Virus genome (UHGV): UHGV-0241471
Length of the DNA stretch: 35,693 bases
Reading direction: 5' to 3' (one strand)
DNA from: a virus
The position numbers and the translations under genes are program-made. Every line of letters begins with the position of its first letter. Positions within the stretch are counted from its first letter, which is position 1. Below the pieces are notes generated by a model. That model worked only from the letters and a program-made list of their open reading frames with translations. It was not told where the DNA came from and ran no database searches. Shown here one piece after another: positions 7,396 through 17,045 of the stretch.

Positions 7396-8568
7396 TTACG
7401 CGCTGACCTGGCTGGAGAAATTCACCAGGTACTGATCGGTGATGCGCTGACGCAGCATCAGGTTTTCAAGTGGCGGCACTGGCGTGTAGTCGTAGTCGAT
7501 GGTGAGCTTCCCGGCTTTCAGAGTATCTTTGTCGTTCACCGACTCATCCAGCCAGCAATCACCACCAATGAGATAGCCCTGACTGACCAGGCTGCGCATT
7601 TTGGCGCGGATACCTTCGATAATGTCGCGGGCCAACGACGGGTTCAGCGGTTTGTCCACCGCCCACATATGCGCTTCTGCCATTGTGTCCATAAGTACCT
7701 GCGCCGTGCGGGTGTAGTTTTCGAAGGCAAAGAGCGGGTCATCACTCAGGCAGCGGGAACCCCAGAAGCGGAAACCGTCTTTGCGGATAAGGGTGGTGAC
7801 GTCGTTCTGGTTCAGCAGTCCCGCATCTGTTGCCGTGTCCTGCAGATCCCAGAACACATCAGCAGAAATTCCGGTGACACCGTTAACGCCCACGTTGGAC
7901 AGGCTTTTGTGCCATCCTGTCTGCTCGTCAATTTTAGCGCGCAGACCAAGCGCACGGGCGGTGGCATAAGCCGTTGCTTCGGCATTCAGCACCGTGTCCC
8001 AGCCAGTAAAGTCGGGCCAGATCAGCATTCCTTCACGCTGACTGAAGTTTTCACGGTAAGTGATCGCCTCCTGCACTGTCTTGCAGCCATACGCTGACAG
8101 GTAAGCAAACCCACGCAGGCTTTGCGCCACGCTCAGCAACTCAGTCGCAACGGCTTTGTTATCGTGGCCTGGCACGCCGAGAATGCGCGGTTTAACGCCG
8201 AGCTGTGACTGGGCAGATAACAGAGCTTTCATTCCTGTTTTTTTACCTTCATCAGTCACTGCGCCGATGATATTAGTTGTGGTTTCTTCTTCCGTTTCAC
8301 CCTGCGGCACACGCACAACAACGGTCACGGGTTTTGCCTGATCAGCAATTGCATCCAGCGAACGAGCCAGTGTGCCGGACTCGCCCGCTTTACCACTGGC
8401 GGTAAGCACATCAGTGATCAGCACGGGTTTATTAAGAGGAAACATTTTTGCATCGGCATCATCGCCCGTGCAGACCATGCCCACGATGGCGGTGCTCACC
8501 GTGGTAATGGATCGGGTGCCTTCGTTGACTTCAACAACGCGCACCCCGTGGTGGTAATCCTGAGCCAT
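7396..8568 (-). CDS. Contractile tail sheath protein, P2 gpFI-like
   Basis: 390-aa ORF starting [19 protein letters not shown], typical sheath N-terminus. Confidence 0.9.
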   Translation of the reverse strand: MAQDYHHGVRVVEVNEGTRSITTVSTAIVGMVCTGDDADAKMFPLNKPVLITDVLTASGKAGESGTLARSLDAIADQAKPVTVVVRVPQGETEEETTTNIIGAVTDEGKKTGMKALLSAQSQLGVKPRILGVPGHDNKAVATELLSVAQSLRGFAYLSAYGCKTVQEAITYRENFSQREGMLIWPDFTGWDTVLNAEATAYATARALGLRAKIDEQTGWHKSLSNVGVNGVTGISADVFWDLQDTATDAGLLNQNDVTTLIRKDGFRFWGSRCLSDDPLFAFENYTRTAQVLMDTMAEAHMWAVDKPLNPSLARDIIEGIRAKMRSLVSQGYLIGGDCWLDESVNDKDTLKAGKLTIDYDYTPVPPLENLMLRQRITDQYLVNFSSQVSA

Positions 8569-8644
8569 AGTGGCGAACCTCCTGATTGGATTAGGCTTCG
8601 CCCTATGTTGAAGTGATTGTGCCTGACAAACAGCTAAGCGCGGT

Positions 8645-8662
8645 TGTGTCGTTATTCACACA
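8645..8662. promoter_or_regulatory. Ogr-type late promoter element TGT-N12-ACA upstream of the sheath operon
   Basis: TGTgtcgttattcacACA read directly; centre about 85 bp upstream of the FI start codon. Confidence 0.5.
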
Positions 8663-8710
8663 AAATGACGGTATTTGTCTACTTGCAGGGATAATCAAAA
8701 TAATGCTGAT

Positions 8711-9277
8711 TCAGGGGGATTCATTGCTCTTATTTGCCGGAAATTTTCTATAAATGGTAGAAACGCCTACATCAAAAATCAGTGCAATACGCTGTCTTGA
8801 TTCTCCGGCCTCGAGTAAACGCCCAATCTGTGCCCACTGTTCGGTGGTCAACTTAGGACGGCGTCCACCTACTCTGCCTTTGGCACGAGCTGCAGCCAGC
8901 CCTGCCATGGTACGTTCAACTATCAGTTCGCGTTCCATTTTAGCCAGGACCCCCATGACATGAAAAAAGAAACGGCCCATTGGGGTGCTGGTATCAATAC
9001 TGTCAGTCAGGCTTCGGAAATTCACGCCACGCTGACGCAACTCTTCTATCAGTGTAACAAGATGCCGCATACTGCGCCCCAACCTGTCCAGCTTCCAGAC
9101 AACCAGAGTGTCTCCTGCCGATAGTGTCCTGAGCAGTTTTTTAAGCCCCGGTCTGTCGGACTTAGTGCCACTGATTTTATCCTCAAAAATCCGCTCACAT
9201 CCCGCGCAGTTCAGTGCATTACGTTGCAAATCGGTGTTCTGGTCATTTGTTGACACGCGTACATAGCCAATAAGCAT
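8711..9277 (-). CDS. Serine DNA invertase (Pin/Gin/Hin family)
   Basis: MLIGYVRVSTNDQNTDLQRNAL… catalytic Ser motif and C-terminal HTH; AGGGGA SD before ATG at 9277; adjacent to crossover site. Confidence 0.9.
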   Translation of the reverse strand: MLIGYVRVSTNDQNTDLQRNALNCAGCERIFEDKISGTKSDRPGLKKLLRTLSAGDTLVVWKLDRLGRSMRHLVTLIEELRQRGVNFRSLTDSIDTSTPMGRFFFHVMGVLAKMERELIVERTMAGLAAARAKGRVGGRRPKLTTEQWAQIGRLLEAGESRQRIALIFDVGVSTIYRKFPANKSNESP

Positions 9278-9332
9278 GATCAATCCCCTGAATAAAAACC
9301 GTGGATGATGCCAGTTAGCCATTATCTCTGCA

Positions 9333-9358
9333 TTTTCATAAACGTTGGTTTAGGAGAA
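9333..9358. repeat. Invertase crossover site (gix/pix-like), left boundary of invertible segment
   Basis: TTTTCATAAACGTTGGTTTAGGAGAA; its reverse complement matches 11209-11234 at about 21/26 positions. Confidence 0.6.
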
Positions 9359-9703
9359 GCGGCGAAAAGGGATGTGGGCACAGGAGATAATCAGATACCG
9401 GATATGGGAGCATTCGCTTCTGGTTCGGGATGGTTCAGGCTACCAGGTGGATATATTGTTCAGTTTGGCACTTTTTCAGGAAACACGACCCGCTTTATCA
9501 GTGGACACTTCCCTATACCATTCCCTAATCAGCCGATGGTTTCAGTCAGTGTTATGTCTGATGCCGTTCAGTCAGACCCGTCGAATCCTGCCCCGCAGGT
9601 TTTGTCTGTAAATTTTGAACATATCAGTAATTCAGCGTGGCGTGTGGCAACCAGTGATATCTCACAGCAATACAGATTCAGTTATATTTCGATAGGACGG
9701 TAG
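9359..9703 (+). CDS. Alternative tail-fibre C-terminal segment, start-less; fused to H only after inversion
   Basis: Open frame continues through the crossover site encoding …GLGE…, the same tetrapeptide encoded at the site inside H. Confidence 0.5.
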   Translation, partial: AAKRDVGTGDNQIPDMGAFASGSGWFRLPGGYIVQFGTFSGNTTRFISGHFPIPFPNQPMVSVSVMSDAVQSDPSNPAPQVLSVNFEHISNSAWRVATSDISQQYRFSYISIGR

Positions 9704-9705
9704 AA

Positions 9706-10146
9706 ATGCAGAAATATATTTTCAGTGCCGATAAAAATGCGTTTTTCCCTGTGGAGCTTAAAATCGCTTATCAGGAATCCGGCGAATGGCCCGATGATGG
9801 AATCGAAATTGACGACACTGTTGCCGCCGAATTTATGAAGGAAGCACCAGAAGGAAAATACAGATGTGTCATCGACGGAATGCCTGCATGGATTGATATT
9901 CCACCGCCAACTCATGAGGAACAAATTGCCGCAGCCGAACTGGAAAAGCAGCAATTGATTAATCAGGTCAACGAATACATAAACAGTAAGCAATGGCCTG
10001 GTAAAGCAGCGATTGGTCGCCTGAAAGGTGAGGAACTGGCGCAATATAATTTGTGGCTGGATTATCTGGACGCACTGGAACTGGTTGATTCCTCCAGTGC
10101 TCCAGATATTGAATGGCCTACGCCTCCGGCAGTTCAGGCCAGATGA
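9706..10146 (+). CDS. Alternative tail-fibre assembly chaperone (Tfa/gpG-like)
   Basis: 146-aa ORF; C-terminal …APDIEWPTPP parallels …APDVIWPELPEA of the opposite-strand copy. Confidence 0.75.
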   Translation: MQKYIFSADKNAFFPVELKIAYQESGEWPDDGIEIDDTVAAEFMKEAPEGKYRCVIDGMPAWIDIPPPTHEEQIAAAELEKQQLINQVNEYINSKQWPGKAAIGRLKGEELAQYNLWLDYLDALELVDSSSAPDIEWPTPPAVQAR

Positions 10147-10720
10147 CATCCGGTGCGGTGCTGGTATCTGTTGCCGTCACCGCGTCAATGTAATCCAGCA
10201 CGGCGTTAAGTCGGGTTGTTTCTGCCTGCGTCAGCTTCCGCCCGGCCCGTAATTTCAGTTGAATCAGACTGATGGAAGCCATTGCTGCATCAATCAGTGA
10301 CTGGCGCTGTGCTTCTGCCGCTTCTACTGCGGCGCTATGCTGTGCCTCAGTATCCGTCACCCATTTCTCACCATCCCATTTATCATATGGCGTTAACGGG
10401 GCGATAGTGGTTGTATTTTCAGGGTAATCACCCGGAGCTGTGATTTCTTTCGATTCTCCTGTTTCGGTGCTATAGATGATTTCACCGCGATGGTCTGGTA
10501 CATATTCCCATGAGTTAAAATCTGCAGAACGGCAGATTGCATAACCAGCTTTATGTGTAACTGGTGCATCTAAACAAGAACATGCCGGGATACCGACGCC
10601 AACGGCAAGATATTCTGTTGATGATGAAATGTATTCCCGTGTCGTGTTGTCATAGTTATAGACGGTAATATCACCCGCTACTGTGGCAATAAATTCACTG
10701 TTTAATTTTGCCTGTGTCAT
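10118..10720 (-). CDS. Tail-fibre assembly chaperone (P2 gpG-like), currently expressed orientation
   Basis: 200-aa ORF immediately downstream of H. Confidence 0.8.
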   Translation of the reverse strand: MTQAKLNSEFIATVAGDITVYNYDNTTREYISSSTEYLAVGVGIPACSCLDAPVTHKAGYAICRSADFNSWEYVPDHRGEIIYSTETGESKEITAPGDYPENTTTIAPLTPYDKWDGEKWVTDTEAQHSAAVEAAEAQRQSLIDAAMASISLIQLKLRAGRKLTQAETTRLNAVLDYIDAVTATDTSTAPDVIWPELPEA

Positions 10721-12270
10721 TATGCAGCCCTCACGATGTAGTTAAATGCAATGTTGCGCGGGCGGGTTTCAGTGCTAATATTCGCTGCATTGTCAGAAGC
10801 AACCCCACGAGTGCTGATAGCTCTTACTGCTGAAGGTAGGCTTTGAGGCTCCCGGTCAGTATAGGCAATCCCCCCATCCCCTCCAGTTACTAGCGGACCA
10901 TAATTCCCGGTCTGACCAATAGTTGACGATGTTGTATTTGAACCTGTCCAGAACTCTTGGTTATGTGAGTGGTCTCTGAGTGAATGGCCTTGAGATGAAA
11001 GCAGCGCACGCCCGTTGTCGATACCACGACTATCATCCCATCCACGGATAAACTCACCGCGTAAATCAGGTAATTTATTTGTTGGATAAGCCTTTGCCAG
11101 TTCCGGGTATTCTTCAGCAGAAAATGCCGCACCGTTGCATTTCAGCCAGCCTGTTGGCGGTGTGGCTGAAGGCCATGGAACAGGCACACCAACAGGTAAT
11201 GCAGAGCCTTCTCCCAAACCAAGGTATGTGAGAAGACCAGTTACATCCTTTCCACTCAAATTAGTCAGCGTATTGTCCAGCGGTTGTTTACCTGCCAGTG
11301 CATTAAGCATTGTCGTGGCAAAGTTCGGGTCATTCCCCAGCGCCGCCGCCAGTTCGTTCAGTGTATCCAGTGCCGCAGGTGCAGACCCCACCATTGCCGC
11401 AATCGCCGATTTCACAAATGCCGTGGTGGCAATTTGTGTATTGTTGACCGACTGTGCCGCAGTAGGTGCGGTTGGCGTTCCGGTGAGTGTCGGACTCGAC
11501 AGCGGCGCTTTCAGTGCCAGCGCATTGTTAATGGTGGTACTGAATTTCGGATCATTGTTAATGGCTGCGGCTATTTCTTTCAGCGTGTCCAGCGTGGCTG
11601 GCGCACCATTAATAAGAGCCGTCAGAGCCGCCTGAACAAACTCGGTGGTCGCAATCTGCGTGGTGTTATTCCCTGCTGCTGGCGTTGGCGCTTTGGGTGT
11701 CCCGGTAAACGTCGGACTTTCTTTGGGTGCATACTGTGAATGCGGGTCCGGTGCGGCAAGATGTTTTGCCATCTGATCATCCGCGTACACCTTCAGCTCC
11801 AGTGCCTTGTCATCCACATACTTGCGGGTTGCCAGCACTACAGCAGGGTCGATTTTCAGGGTGATATTGTCCGTGCTGCTGGTAATCAGCACCATGCGCA
11901 CGGTCTGAGTGCGCCCGCTACCTTCAGCCAGTTGCGGCTTATAGCTTTCCGGGCAGTTGCCCACGGCAATCAATGCCCCGGACTCATCAAACAAGCCCAC
12001 TTCACGTATCCACCAACCGCCCTCGTTTTCAGGGATCACCTGTTCGGCAATAATCTGACTACTGTTCTGCGGGTCGATATAGAGCATATTCAGCGCAGCC
12101 CGGCGTTTCTCATTTACCAGTGCAGTCTGCTTTGAGTCTGGCGTTGGCAATACTCCGCCGCCATCGCCGACCGCCATATGGGTAATTTTTAGCGGCACAC
12201 CGAGCGCGGCGGCGCTGGCAAGTTTCGCCGCGCCAATATCCGTCAGCAGGGTATAAAATTTTGTGCTCAT
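10720..12270 (-). CDS. Tail fibre protein (P2 gpH-like); variable C-terminus lies inside the invertible segment
   Basis: 516-aa ORF with conserved N-terminus MSTKFYTLLTDIGAAKLA; internal 74-aa tandem repeat; crossover site within the gene. Confidence 0.85.
   Translation of the reverse strand: MSTKFYTLLTDIGAAKLASAAALGVPLKITHMAVGDGGGVLPTPDSKQTALVNEKRRAALNMLYIDPQNSSQIIAEQVIPENEGGWWIREVGLFDESGALIAVGNCPESYKPQLAEGSGRTQTVRMVLITSSTDNITLKIDPAVVLATRKYVDDKALELKVYADDQMAKHLAAPDPHSQYAPKESPTFTGTPKAPTPAAGNNTTQIATTEFVQAALTALINGAPATLDTLKEIAAAINNDPKFSTTINNALALKAPLSSPTLTGTPTAPTAAQSVNNTQIATTAFVKSAIAAMVGSAPAALDTLNELAAALGNDPNFATTMLNALAGKQPLDNTLTNLSGKDVTGLLTYLGLGEGSALPVGVPVPWPSATPPTGWLKCNGAAFSAEEYPELAKAYPTNKLPDLRGEFIRGWDDSRGIDNGRALLSSQGHSLRDHSHNQEFWTGSNTTSSTIGQTGNYGPLVTGGDGGIAYTDREPQSLPSAVRAISTRGVASDNAANISTETRPRNIAFNYIVRAA
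11209..11234. repeat. Invertase crossover site inside tail-fibre gene, right boundary of invertible segment
   Basis: TTCTCCCAAACCAAGGTATGTGAGAA, inverted relative to 9333-9358. Confidence 0.6.
11278..11724. repeat. Intragenic tandem duplication (2 x about 222 bp) in tail-fibre gene
   Basis: Protein repeats …NNTTQIATTEFVQAALTALINGAPATLDTLKEIAAAINNDPKF… and …NNTQIATTAFVKSAIAAMVGSAPAALDTLNELAAALGNDPNF…. Confidence 0.6.
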
Positions 12271-12872
12271 GGATTCACTCTCATTGTGTCAATAACATGG
12301 ACCGCCCCGCCTTCATGCGCGGTGCCGCCAGAAATAATTGTTTCGTTGATATACGGATAGATCGTGATTTCTTCGCCAAGATAGCTGGCGGCCCCCACCC
12401 AATGCGGACCGCTAGTCTGCAGATTGATGGACATGCCGATCATGTGACGGCTACATGGTTTGGCATCGCTTATCAGCCGCTCAAGTTCCAGATAGGTATC
12501 TTCAGTGATGCCCTGGTCCTGCACGCCGATATCCAGGCGAAACGTGCCCGGTGTTTCTCCGGTCTGCCACCACTCAATAATGCGGATCAGGAATCCGAAC
12601 GGTTCCACCACCCGCCGCACGGCACTGGTAGTTCCTTTATGCTGATGAATATAAAAAGCATCCTTCACTACATGGCGTTTGACGCTTTCTGTCCAGCCCT
12701 CGTCCCAGCGATCCACAGAGAACGCCCAGGCGAGATAAGGCAGGAAGCTGACCGGACAGGTAGCCGGATTCCACAAGTCACGCAGCGGCACCTGCAGATC
12801 AGAAATCCCGCTACAGGTTTGCGCCAGTCGGCGCTCCAGTGAAGTTGAACCCGGTGGCAGCAGACTATTCAT
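12267..12872 (-). CDS. Baseplate protein, P2 gpI-like
   Basis: 201-aa ORF in conserved position V-W-J-I-H. Confidence 0.75.
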   Translation of the reverse strand: MNSLLPPGSTSLERRLAQTCSGISDLQVPLRDLWNPATCPVSFLPYLAWAFSVDRWDEGWTESVKRHVVKDAFYIHQHKGTTSAVRRVVEPFGFLIRIIEWWQTGETPGTFRLDIGVQDQGITEDTYLELERLISDAKPCSRHMIGMSINLQTSGPHWVGAASYLGEEITIYPYINETIISGGTAHEGGAVHVIDTMRVNP

Positions 12873-13773
12873 CCGTTCCTCCGTTGGTTACGCTCCACTG
12901 CGTACATGATGCCGCCTGTGTTTTGTTCAGGACCACATCCGCCAGCGGAGAAGCCAGTTCCACACGTTGAACACCCTCAACATGCAGAGCAGCAAAGATG
13001 GCGCTACGGCGAATATCCCGACCAAGCCTCGTCTGGCTGGCAATGTACTTCTGCAGACTGGCTTTTGCCGCTGCCATTACCGGCTCTGCTTCCGGCCCCG
13101 GATAGAGAAAAATGGTGGCTTCCACGCGGTACGGGATGATTTCTGCGCTGCGAACCGTCAGACGGTCAGCCACCGGGCGGACGTTCTCACTGTTCAGAGC
13201 TTTTTCCACCACGTCCAGCAGGTCTTTTTCTGCCGTTCCGTCGCCTTCGCGGCTCAGGACAGTCAGCACCACCTCTGCAGGTGCCGGGCTGGTTGCACTG
13301 GCATCCGCCACCCGACCGTCGGCGCTTCGGGCATGAAATTCATAAGCTGCAGTTGGCCCCGCAACAGAAAGCCCTTCAAAGGCTGCAGGCACACGCAGGC
13401 GTAACGCTTCATCGCTTTCCATCACAGCTGCAACGGGCGGCACAGCATCATTATCAGCAGGCGTCACCGTCAGGCGTGTCACGTTGTAGTTGGCAGCGAG
13501 CTGGTCCAGATCGCTCCCTATGGCATAAGCCACCATCACCGCCTGCGCGGCTTCGTTAATGCGCTGGCGCAGAAGCAACTCACGATAAGCATTCTCCTGC
13601 AACAATTTGGTGACGGGTTCAGATTCCAGTTCCAGGGTACGCATCACAGCCTCCTGTTCATCTTTCGGATGAAGCGCCACAAATTCGGCCTTGCGTTCGG
13701 CAAGCAGCGTCTCAAAGTCCGGCACATCCGCAATCTGCGGCGCAGGCAACTGCGAAAGGTCAATCACTGCCAT
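12865..13773 (-). CDS. Baseplate protein, P2 gpJ-like (start set at internal Met, MAVIDLSQLPAP)
   Basis: 302 aa from this start, the size recalled for gpJ; upstream extension in ORF track is unlikely. Confidence 0.75.
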   Translation of the reverse strand: MAVIDLSQLPAPQIADVPDFETLLAERKAEFVALHPKDEQEAVMRTLELESEPVTKLLQENAYRELLLRQRINEAAQAVMVAYAIGSDLDQLAANYNVTRLTVTPADNDAVPPVAAVMESDEALRLRVPAAFEGLSVAGPTAAYEFHARSADGRVADASATSPAPAEVVLTVLSREGDGTAEKDLLDVVEKALNSENVRPVADRLTVRSAEIIPYRVEATIFLYPGPEAEPVMAAAKASLQKYIASQTRLGRDIRRSAIFAALHVEGVQRVELASPLADVVLNKTQAASCTQWSVTNGGTDE

Positions 13774-14119
13774 TCTCTGCTCCTGTTGATACGGAAAGGG
13801 AAACAGGCACACCGTTATTACGCCGCCCGGTCAGCTCCACCACCATTGAACCGTCAAAATTGCTGTTAATGGTGATGGAATCCAGCGTCAGCCGTGGCTC
13901 CCAGCGACTCAGCGCCACATACACTGCCGACATGACCTGCAGGCGTAATGCCGGATTTTGTGACTGGTCTATCAGTGCCGACAGCAGAGAACCATATTCC
14001 CGACGGGCAATACGGCTACCCTGCGGTGTCAGCAGAATGTCCCGCACCGACTGGCGCAGATGGTCAATATCAGTAATGGCTTTGCCGCTGGTATTATTCA
14101 TCCCGCTATAAAGCGTCAT
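13760..14119 (-). CDS. Baseplate wedge protein, P2 gpW-like (gp25-like)
   Basis: 119-aa ORF, conserved order. Confidence 0.8.
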   Translation of the reverse strand: MTLYSGMNNTSGKAITDIDHLRQSVRDILLTPQGSRIARREYGSLLSALIDQSQNPALRLQVMSAVYVALSRWEPRLTLDSITINSNFDGSMVVELTGRRNNGVPVSLSVSTGAENGSD

Positions 14120-14694
14120 ACCGGACCTCCGGTTGTGTCGCCGCCTTTCAGAACGCCAGTATGCTGATGCGCATCAACCACAATCCCGTTAGAACTCATC
14201 GCTCCGCCGCCCTGGGTAACGCCACCATTGATCACCACTTCGCTGTTAATGCGCGTGCGGTCAGCCTCCAGTACAAACTCACTGGTTTTCATGGTGATGT
14301 TGTCGGCAGCCTCAATGACCATTGATTTGATGCCCCTGACATACCAGCGCCCGGTGGCGGGTTCGTATTCAAACCAGCCACCGTCAGGATGTTCTGTCAC
14401 GCAGGCGTCCGCCGACGTCGACGGTGGAGCGAACTGATTCGAATAGACAGCGGGCAACGCAAAGGCGGTTTCAAGATTTCCGCCCAGACTCAGCAGCACC
14501 ACCTGTTCACCTTCCGTTGGTCGCCACCATGTGCGGGCATTCCCGGCACGCAGCGTCAGCCAGCTGATCCAGTTGGTTTCAAGGTCGCCCGTTTTCACCC
14601 GACAAAGCCAGTTTTCCCTGTCCACTTCGGTGACTACCCCTGTGCGGATCAGGTTGGTGATGAGGCGCATGATTTCGGTTAGTTGTGCGTTCAT
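14116..14694 (-). CDS. Baseplate spike protein, P2 gpV-like
   Basis: 192-aa ORF with Gly-rich C-terminus, conserved order. Confidence 0.8.
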   Translation of the reverse strand: MNAQLTEIMRLITNLIRTGVVTEVDRENWLCRVKTGDLETNWISWLTLRAGNARTWWRPTEGEQVVLLSLGGNLETAFALPAVYSNQFAPPSTSADACVTEHPDGGWFEYEPATGRWYVRGIKSMVIEAADNITMKTSEFVLEADRTRINSEVVINGGVTQGGGAMSSNGIVVDAHQHTGVLKGGDTTGGPV

Positions 14695-14740
14695 AGGGAA
14701 AGGTTGCCATCAGGGGAAGAAAGGCGGCAGTGCTGCAACT

Positions 14741-14758
14741 TGTATCAGTGCTGATACA
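14741..14758. promoter_or_regulatory. Ogr-type late promoter element TGT-N12-ACA (perfect dyad) between S and V
   Basis: TGTATCAGTGCTGATACA read directly in the S-V intergenic gap. Confidence 0.45.
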
Positions 14759-14762
14759 AAGA

Positions 14763-15209
14763 TCACCCCGCCAGCCATTGCAGAATCATGTCGCGGGTCA
14801 TTGCCTCAACATCATCATTTACACCCAGCAGGCGGCGCTCTGCGTAACGGACCTCCGGTCCTTTGCGACTGACGCGATCACGCAGGCCGTAATGGTGAAC
14901 ACGGGCAATACGCTGCACCTTGCCTTCAAACTGTACGCTGGCAGAGTCGGCGCTGGCGGCAGTTTTCAGGTATTTTGTGGTGCGCAGCTTTGCAAACATC
15001 TGACGTTTGATGCGCCCCTTCTTGCTGCGTGCTGTTACCCTGCGCGGTTCATAACTGCTGCCATCTGGATTGCGCTGCATCCTGATATTCTGCTGCTGTG
15101 TCCGGCGCAGTTCCTGCGCCAGCTGGCGCATCATGCGGCTTCTCGTGGCTGGTTCCAGATTCGCCAGCAAGGCACTCAGCCAGTCGTCCACCTTCTGCAG
15201 TTCAGCCAC
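14763..15209 (-). CDS. Tail completion protein, P2 gpS-like
   Basis: 148-aa ORF, conserved order. Confidence 0.8.
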   Translation of the reverse strand: MAELQKVDDWLSALLANLEPATRSRMMRQLAQELRRTQQQNIRMQRNPDGSSYEPRRVTARSKKGRIKRQMFAKLRTTKYLKTAASADSASVQFEGKVQRIARVHHYGLRDRVSRKGPEVRYAERRLLGVNDDVEAMTRDMILQWLAG

Positions 15210-15654
15210 GTTTCACCGTCCACATTTCTTCAGGTTCATCGGGTTCTGCTACAGCTTCAACGCTCGACACACTGCCGTCAGTGCTGACCAGCACACGTTC
15301 CGTCAGTTGCAGGTTAAGGCTGATATCACAGACATCGTTGCGCAAAATATCCACATCAAAGGTGAATAGCTTTTCCCGTAACGCCGGGTTATTGATGGCA
15401 TCGGGCTGGTTATCCCGAAGCCACAGTAAAACCGGGGCCATCAGCAGATTCTGGTCGCCACTGAAATCCTCTATCACCACGTTCAGGGTATAGCGGTACT
15501 CCCATGACATGGAGCTGGCCCCCGTGGCAACCAGCGAACCGTTATCCACAAACAGATGCAGTTTGTCCGGGTTATTGCGGACATAAGGCACCGCTTTATT
15601 GAGGGCGTGGCGCAGGGATTGTGGTTTGTTCACTGTTTCGCTCCTGACACGCAA
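15202..15654 (-). CDS. Tail completion protein, P2 gpR-like
   Basis: 150-aa ORF, conserved order. Confidence 0.8.
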   Translation of the reverse strand: MRVRSETVNKPQSLRHALNKAVPYVRNNPDKLHLFVDNGSLVATGASSMSWEYRYTLNVVIEDFSGDQNLLMAPVLLWLRDNQPDAINNPALREKLFTFDVDILRNDVCDISLNLQLTERVLVSTDGSVSSVEAVAEPDEPEEMWTVKRG

Positions 15655-15886
15655 TAATCATGTCCACTTTGTCTGCACAGACCGCCCAGGCGGCCTCCGT
15701 TTCATCCAACAACGCGTTCAGATCACCGTTAGTGCGCGGCGCTGCCTGCTCCAGCCGACACGGTGTCACTCGCGGACAACCACTGACGATAAGCTGCACC
15801 TCCGGTGAGTGCCGAACGTTCCCGCAGCCGGATAATGTCAGCAGGCAAAGGAGTATCAGCCCAGCGGCGTAAATCCTCGTTCTCAC
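15596..15886 (-). CDS. Outer-membrane spanin lipoprotein (LysC/Rz1-like), nested out of frame in the i-spanin gene
   Basis: Signal peptide plus lipobox LTLSGC; overlaps 15729-16157 in a different frame. Confidence 0.65.
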   Translation of the reverse strand: MRTRIYAAGLILLCLLTLSGCGNVRHSPEVQLIVSGCPRVTPCRLEQAAPRTNGDLNALLDETEAAWAVCADKVDMIIACQERNSEQTTIPAPRPQ

Positions 15887-16157
15887 GTTTCAGTTCCTCG
15901 ATCCGGTGTTGTCGTTGTCTCAGCAGCGCGCTGGTCTGTTCTGCTTCGGCATAGAGCCGCGCCTGCTCCCGGTTATTGGTTTCAGTCAGAATGGACAGGC
16001 TAATAAGCTGGCTGTTGCTCTTTGCCAGTGCCTGGCTTTTGCTCTGCAGCTCGTCTGCCTGCGTACTAATGGTCTGGCTGGCATCAGCCAGCCGCCACGT
16101 CTGCCAGCCCAGCGCCGCCAGTAATAACGCCAGCACAACCAGCAGCAACCGGTTCAT
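15729..16157 (-). CDS. Inner-membrane spanin (LysB/Rz-like)
   Basis: N-terminal TM helix followed by coiled-coil-rich periplasmic domain. Confidence 0.7.
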   Translation of the reverse strand: MNRLLLVVLALLLAALGWQTWRLADASQTISTQADELQSKSQALAKSNSQLISLSILTETNNREQARLYAEAEQTSALLRQRQHRIEELKRENEDLRRWADTPLPADIIRLRERSALTGGAAYRQWLSASDTVSAGAGSAAH

Positions 16158-16531
16158 GCTGCTACCTGTTGCGCCATCTGATTACGGGTGATCCAGAAGG
16201 CAATAACGGTCAGCAGATAAAAGACCAGGGTAATAGCCCACCCCGTCCAGGCGAGACTTACGACAATCAGCAATCGCATCACCCAACTGATAAATACGTT
16301 TTCTTTTCGGGTAATTGTCTTCAGCAAAGATGCCCTTAACTCCTGCCAAAGCGGGCCATTCTTAATTAACGCAGCCAGTGCTACCGGAATTACCGCCCAT
16401 GTCAGCAAACAGGCTACCCAAACGCCGGACGCTGCCAGTACCGGAAAAATCCCCTGCGGATAAACCATTGCTGCGATTAACAGCGCCATCCATAACATCA
16501 GAAACAGTCCGCTGATTAATTTCTTTTTCAT
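16154..16531 (-). CDS. Lysis-timing membrane protein (P2 LysA-like); start uncertain
   Basis: Multi-TM small protein following endolysin; start placed at MKKKLISGLF. Confidence 0.55.
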   Translation of the reverse strand: MKKKLISGLFLMLWMALLIAAMVYPQGIFPVLAASGVWVACLLTWAVIPVALAALIKNGPLWQELRASLLKTITRKENVFISWVMRLLIVVSLAWTGWAITLVFYLLTVIAFWITRNQMAQQVAA

Positions 16532-16532
16532 T

Positions 16533-17045
16533 TCAGTTTGCTCCCTGTAAACACCAGGCCATCTCCCGCGCACGGCGGTTATCCAGCCCCTGATTAAACA
16601 CACCTTTTACATACACCCAGCGCGGTAACTGTCGGCACGCATCCGCCCAGCGCCGCTGGTTGAGCAATTTCACCAACGTGGAACTGCAGGCATTGCCCGT
16701 TCCCACGTTGAAGGCAAACGACACCACCGCGTCATACACCTTCTGCGGCGGCTGTTGCTTCACACACCTTTCCAGCACCCGCTCCACACGTAGCACGTTG
16801 GAGATCAGCCCTTCTGCTGCCTGTCGTTCCGTAATGGTTTTGCCGGGAATGACGCCCGACGTATTACCAATGCCGTCGGTCCAGACACCCGCGCTGCACT
16901 GATACGGCTGCAGACGACAGCCTTCGTAATCGGCAATCAGTTTCAGTCCCTCCACGGAGGTGTGAAGCTGCTGAAAACCCGGCAGCGTGGCAGCAATAGC
17001 CAGCACGGTCCCGACAAGGCAGCGTTTAACGATTGATGGATTCAT
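16533..17045 (-). CDS. Endolysin, phage lysozyme (P2 gpK-like)
   Basis: 170-aa ORF with …DGIGNTSGV… and lysozyme-like core in the lysis cassette. Confidence 0.85.
   Translation of the reverse strand: MNPSIVKRCLVGTVLAIAATLPGFQQLHTSVEGLKLIADYEGCRLQPYQCSAGVWTDGIGNTSGVIPGKTITERQAAEGLISNVLRVERVLERCVKQQPPQKVYDAVVSFAFNVGTGNACSSTLVKLLNQRRWADACRQLPRWVYVKGVFNQGLDNRRAREMAWCLQGAN

Larger units (their letters stand above)
9333..11234. mobile_element. Invertible tail-fibre host-range segment (about 1.9 kb)
   Basis: Inverted 26-bp sites flank two convergent tail-fibre C-terminus plus assembly-chaperone cassettes; invertase immediately outside. Confidence 0.6.

Noticed and set aside
9372-9611. 79-aa + strand ORF in the invertible segment
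   Set aside because: Alternative frame overlapping the tail-fibre C-terminal frame (9359-9703), which is the one that continues the G-L-G-E crossover-site reading frame.
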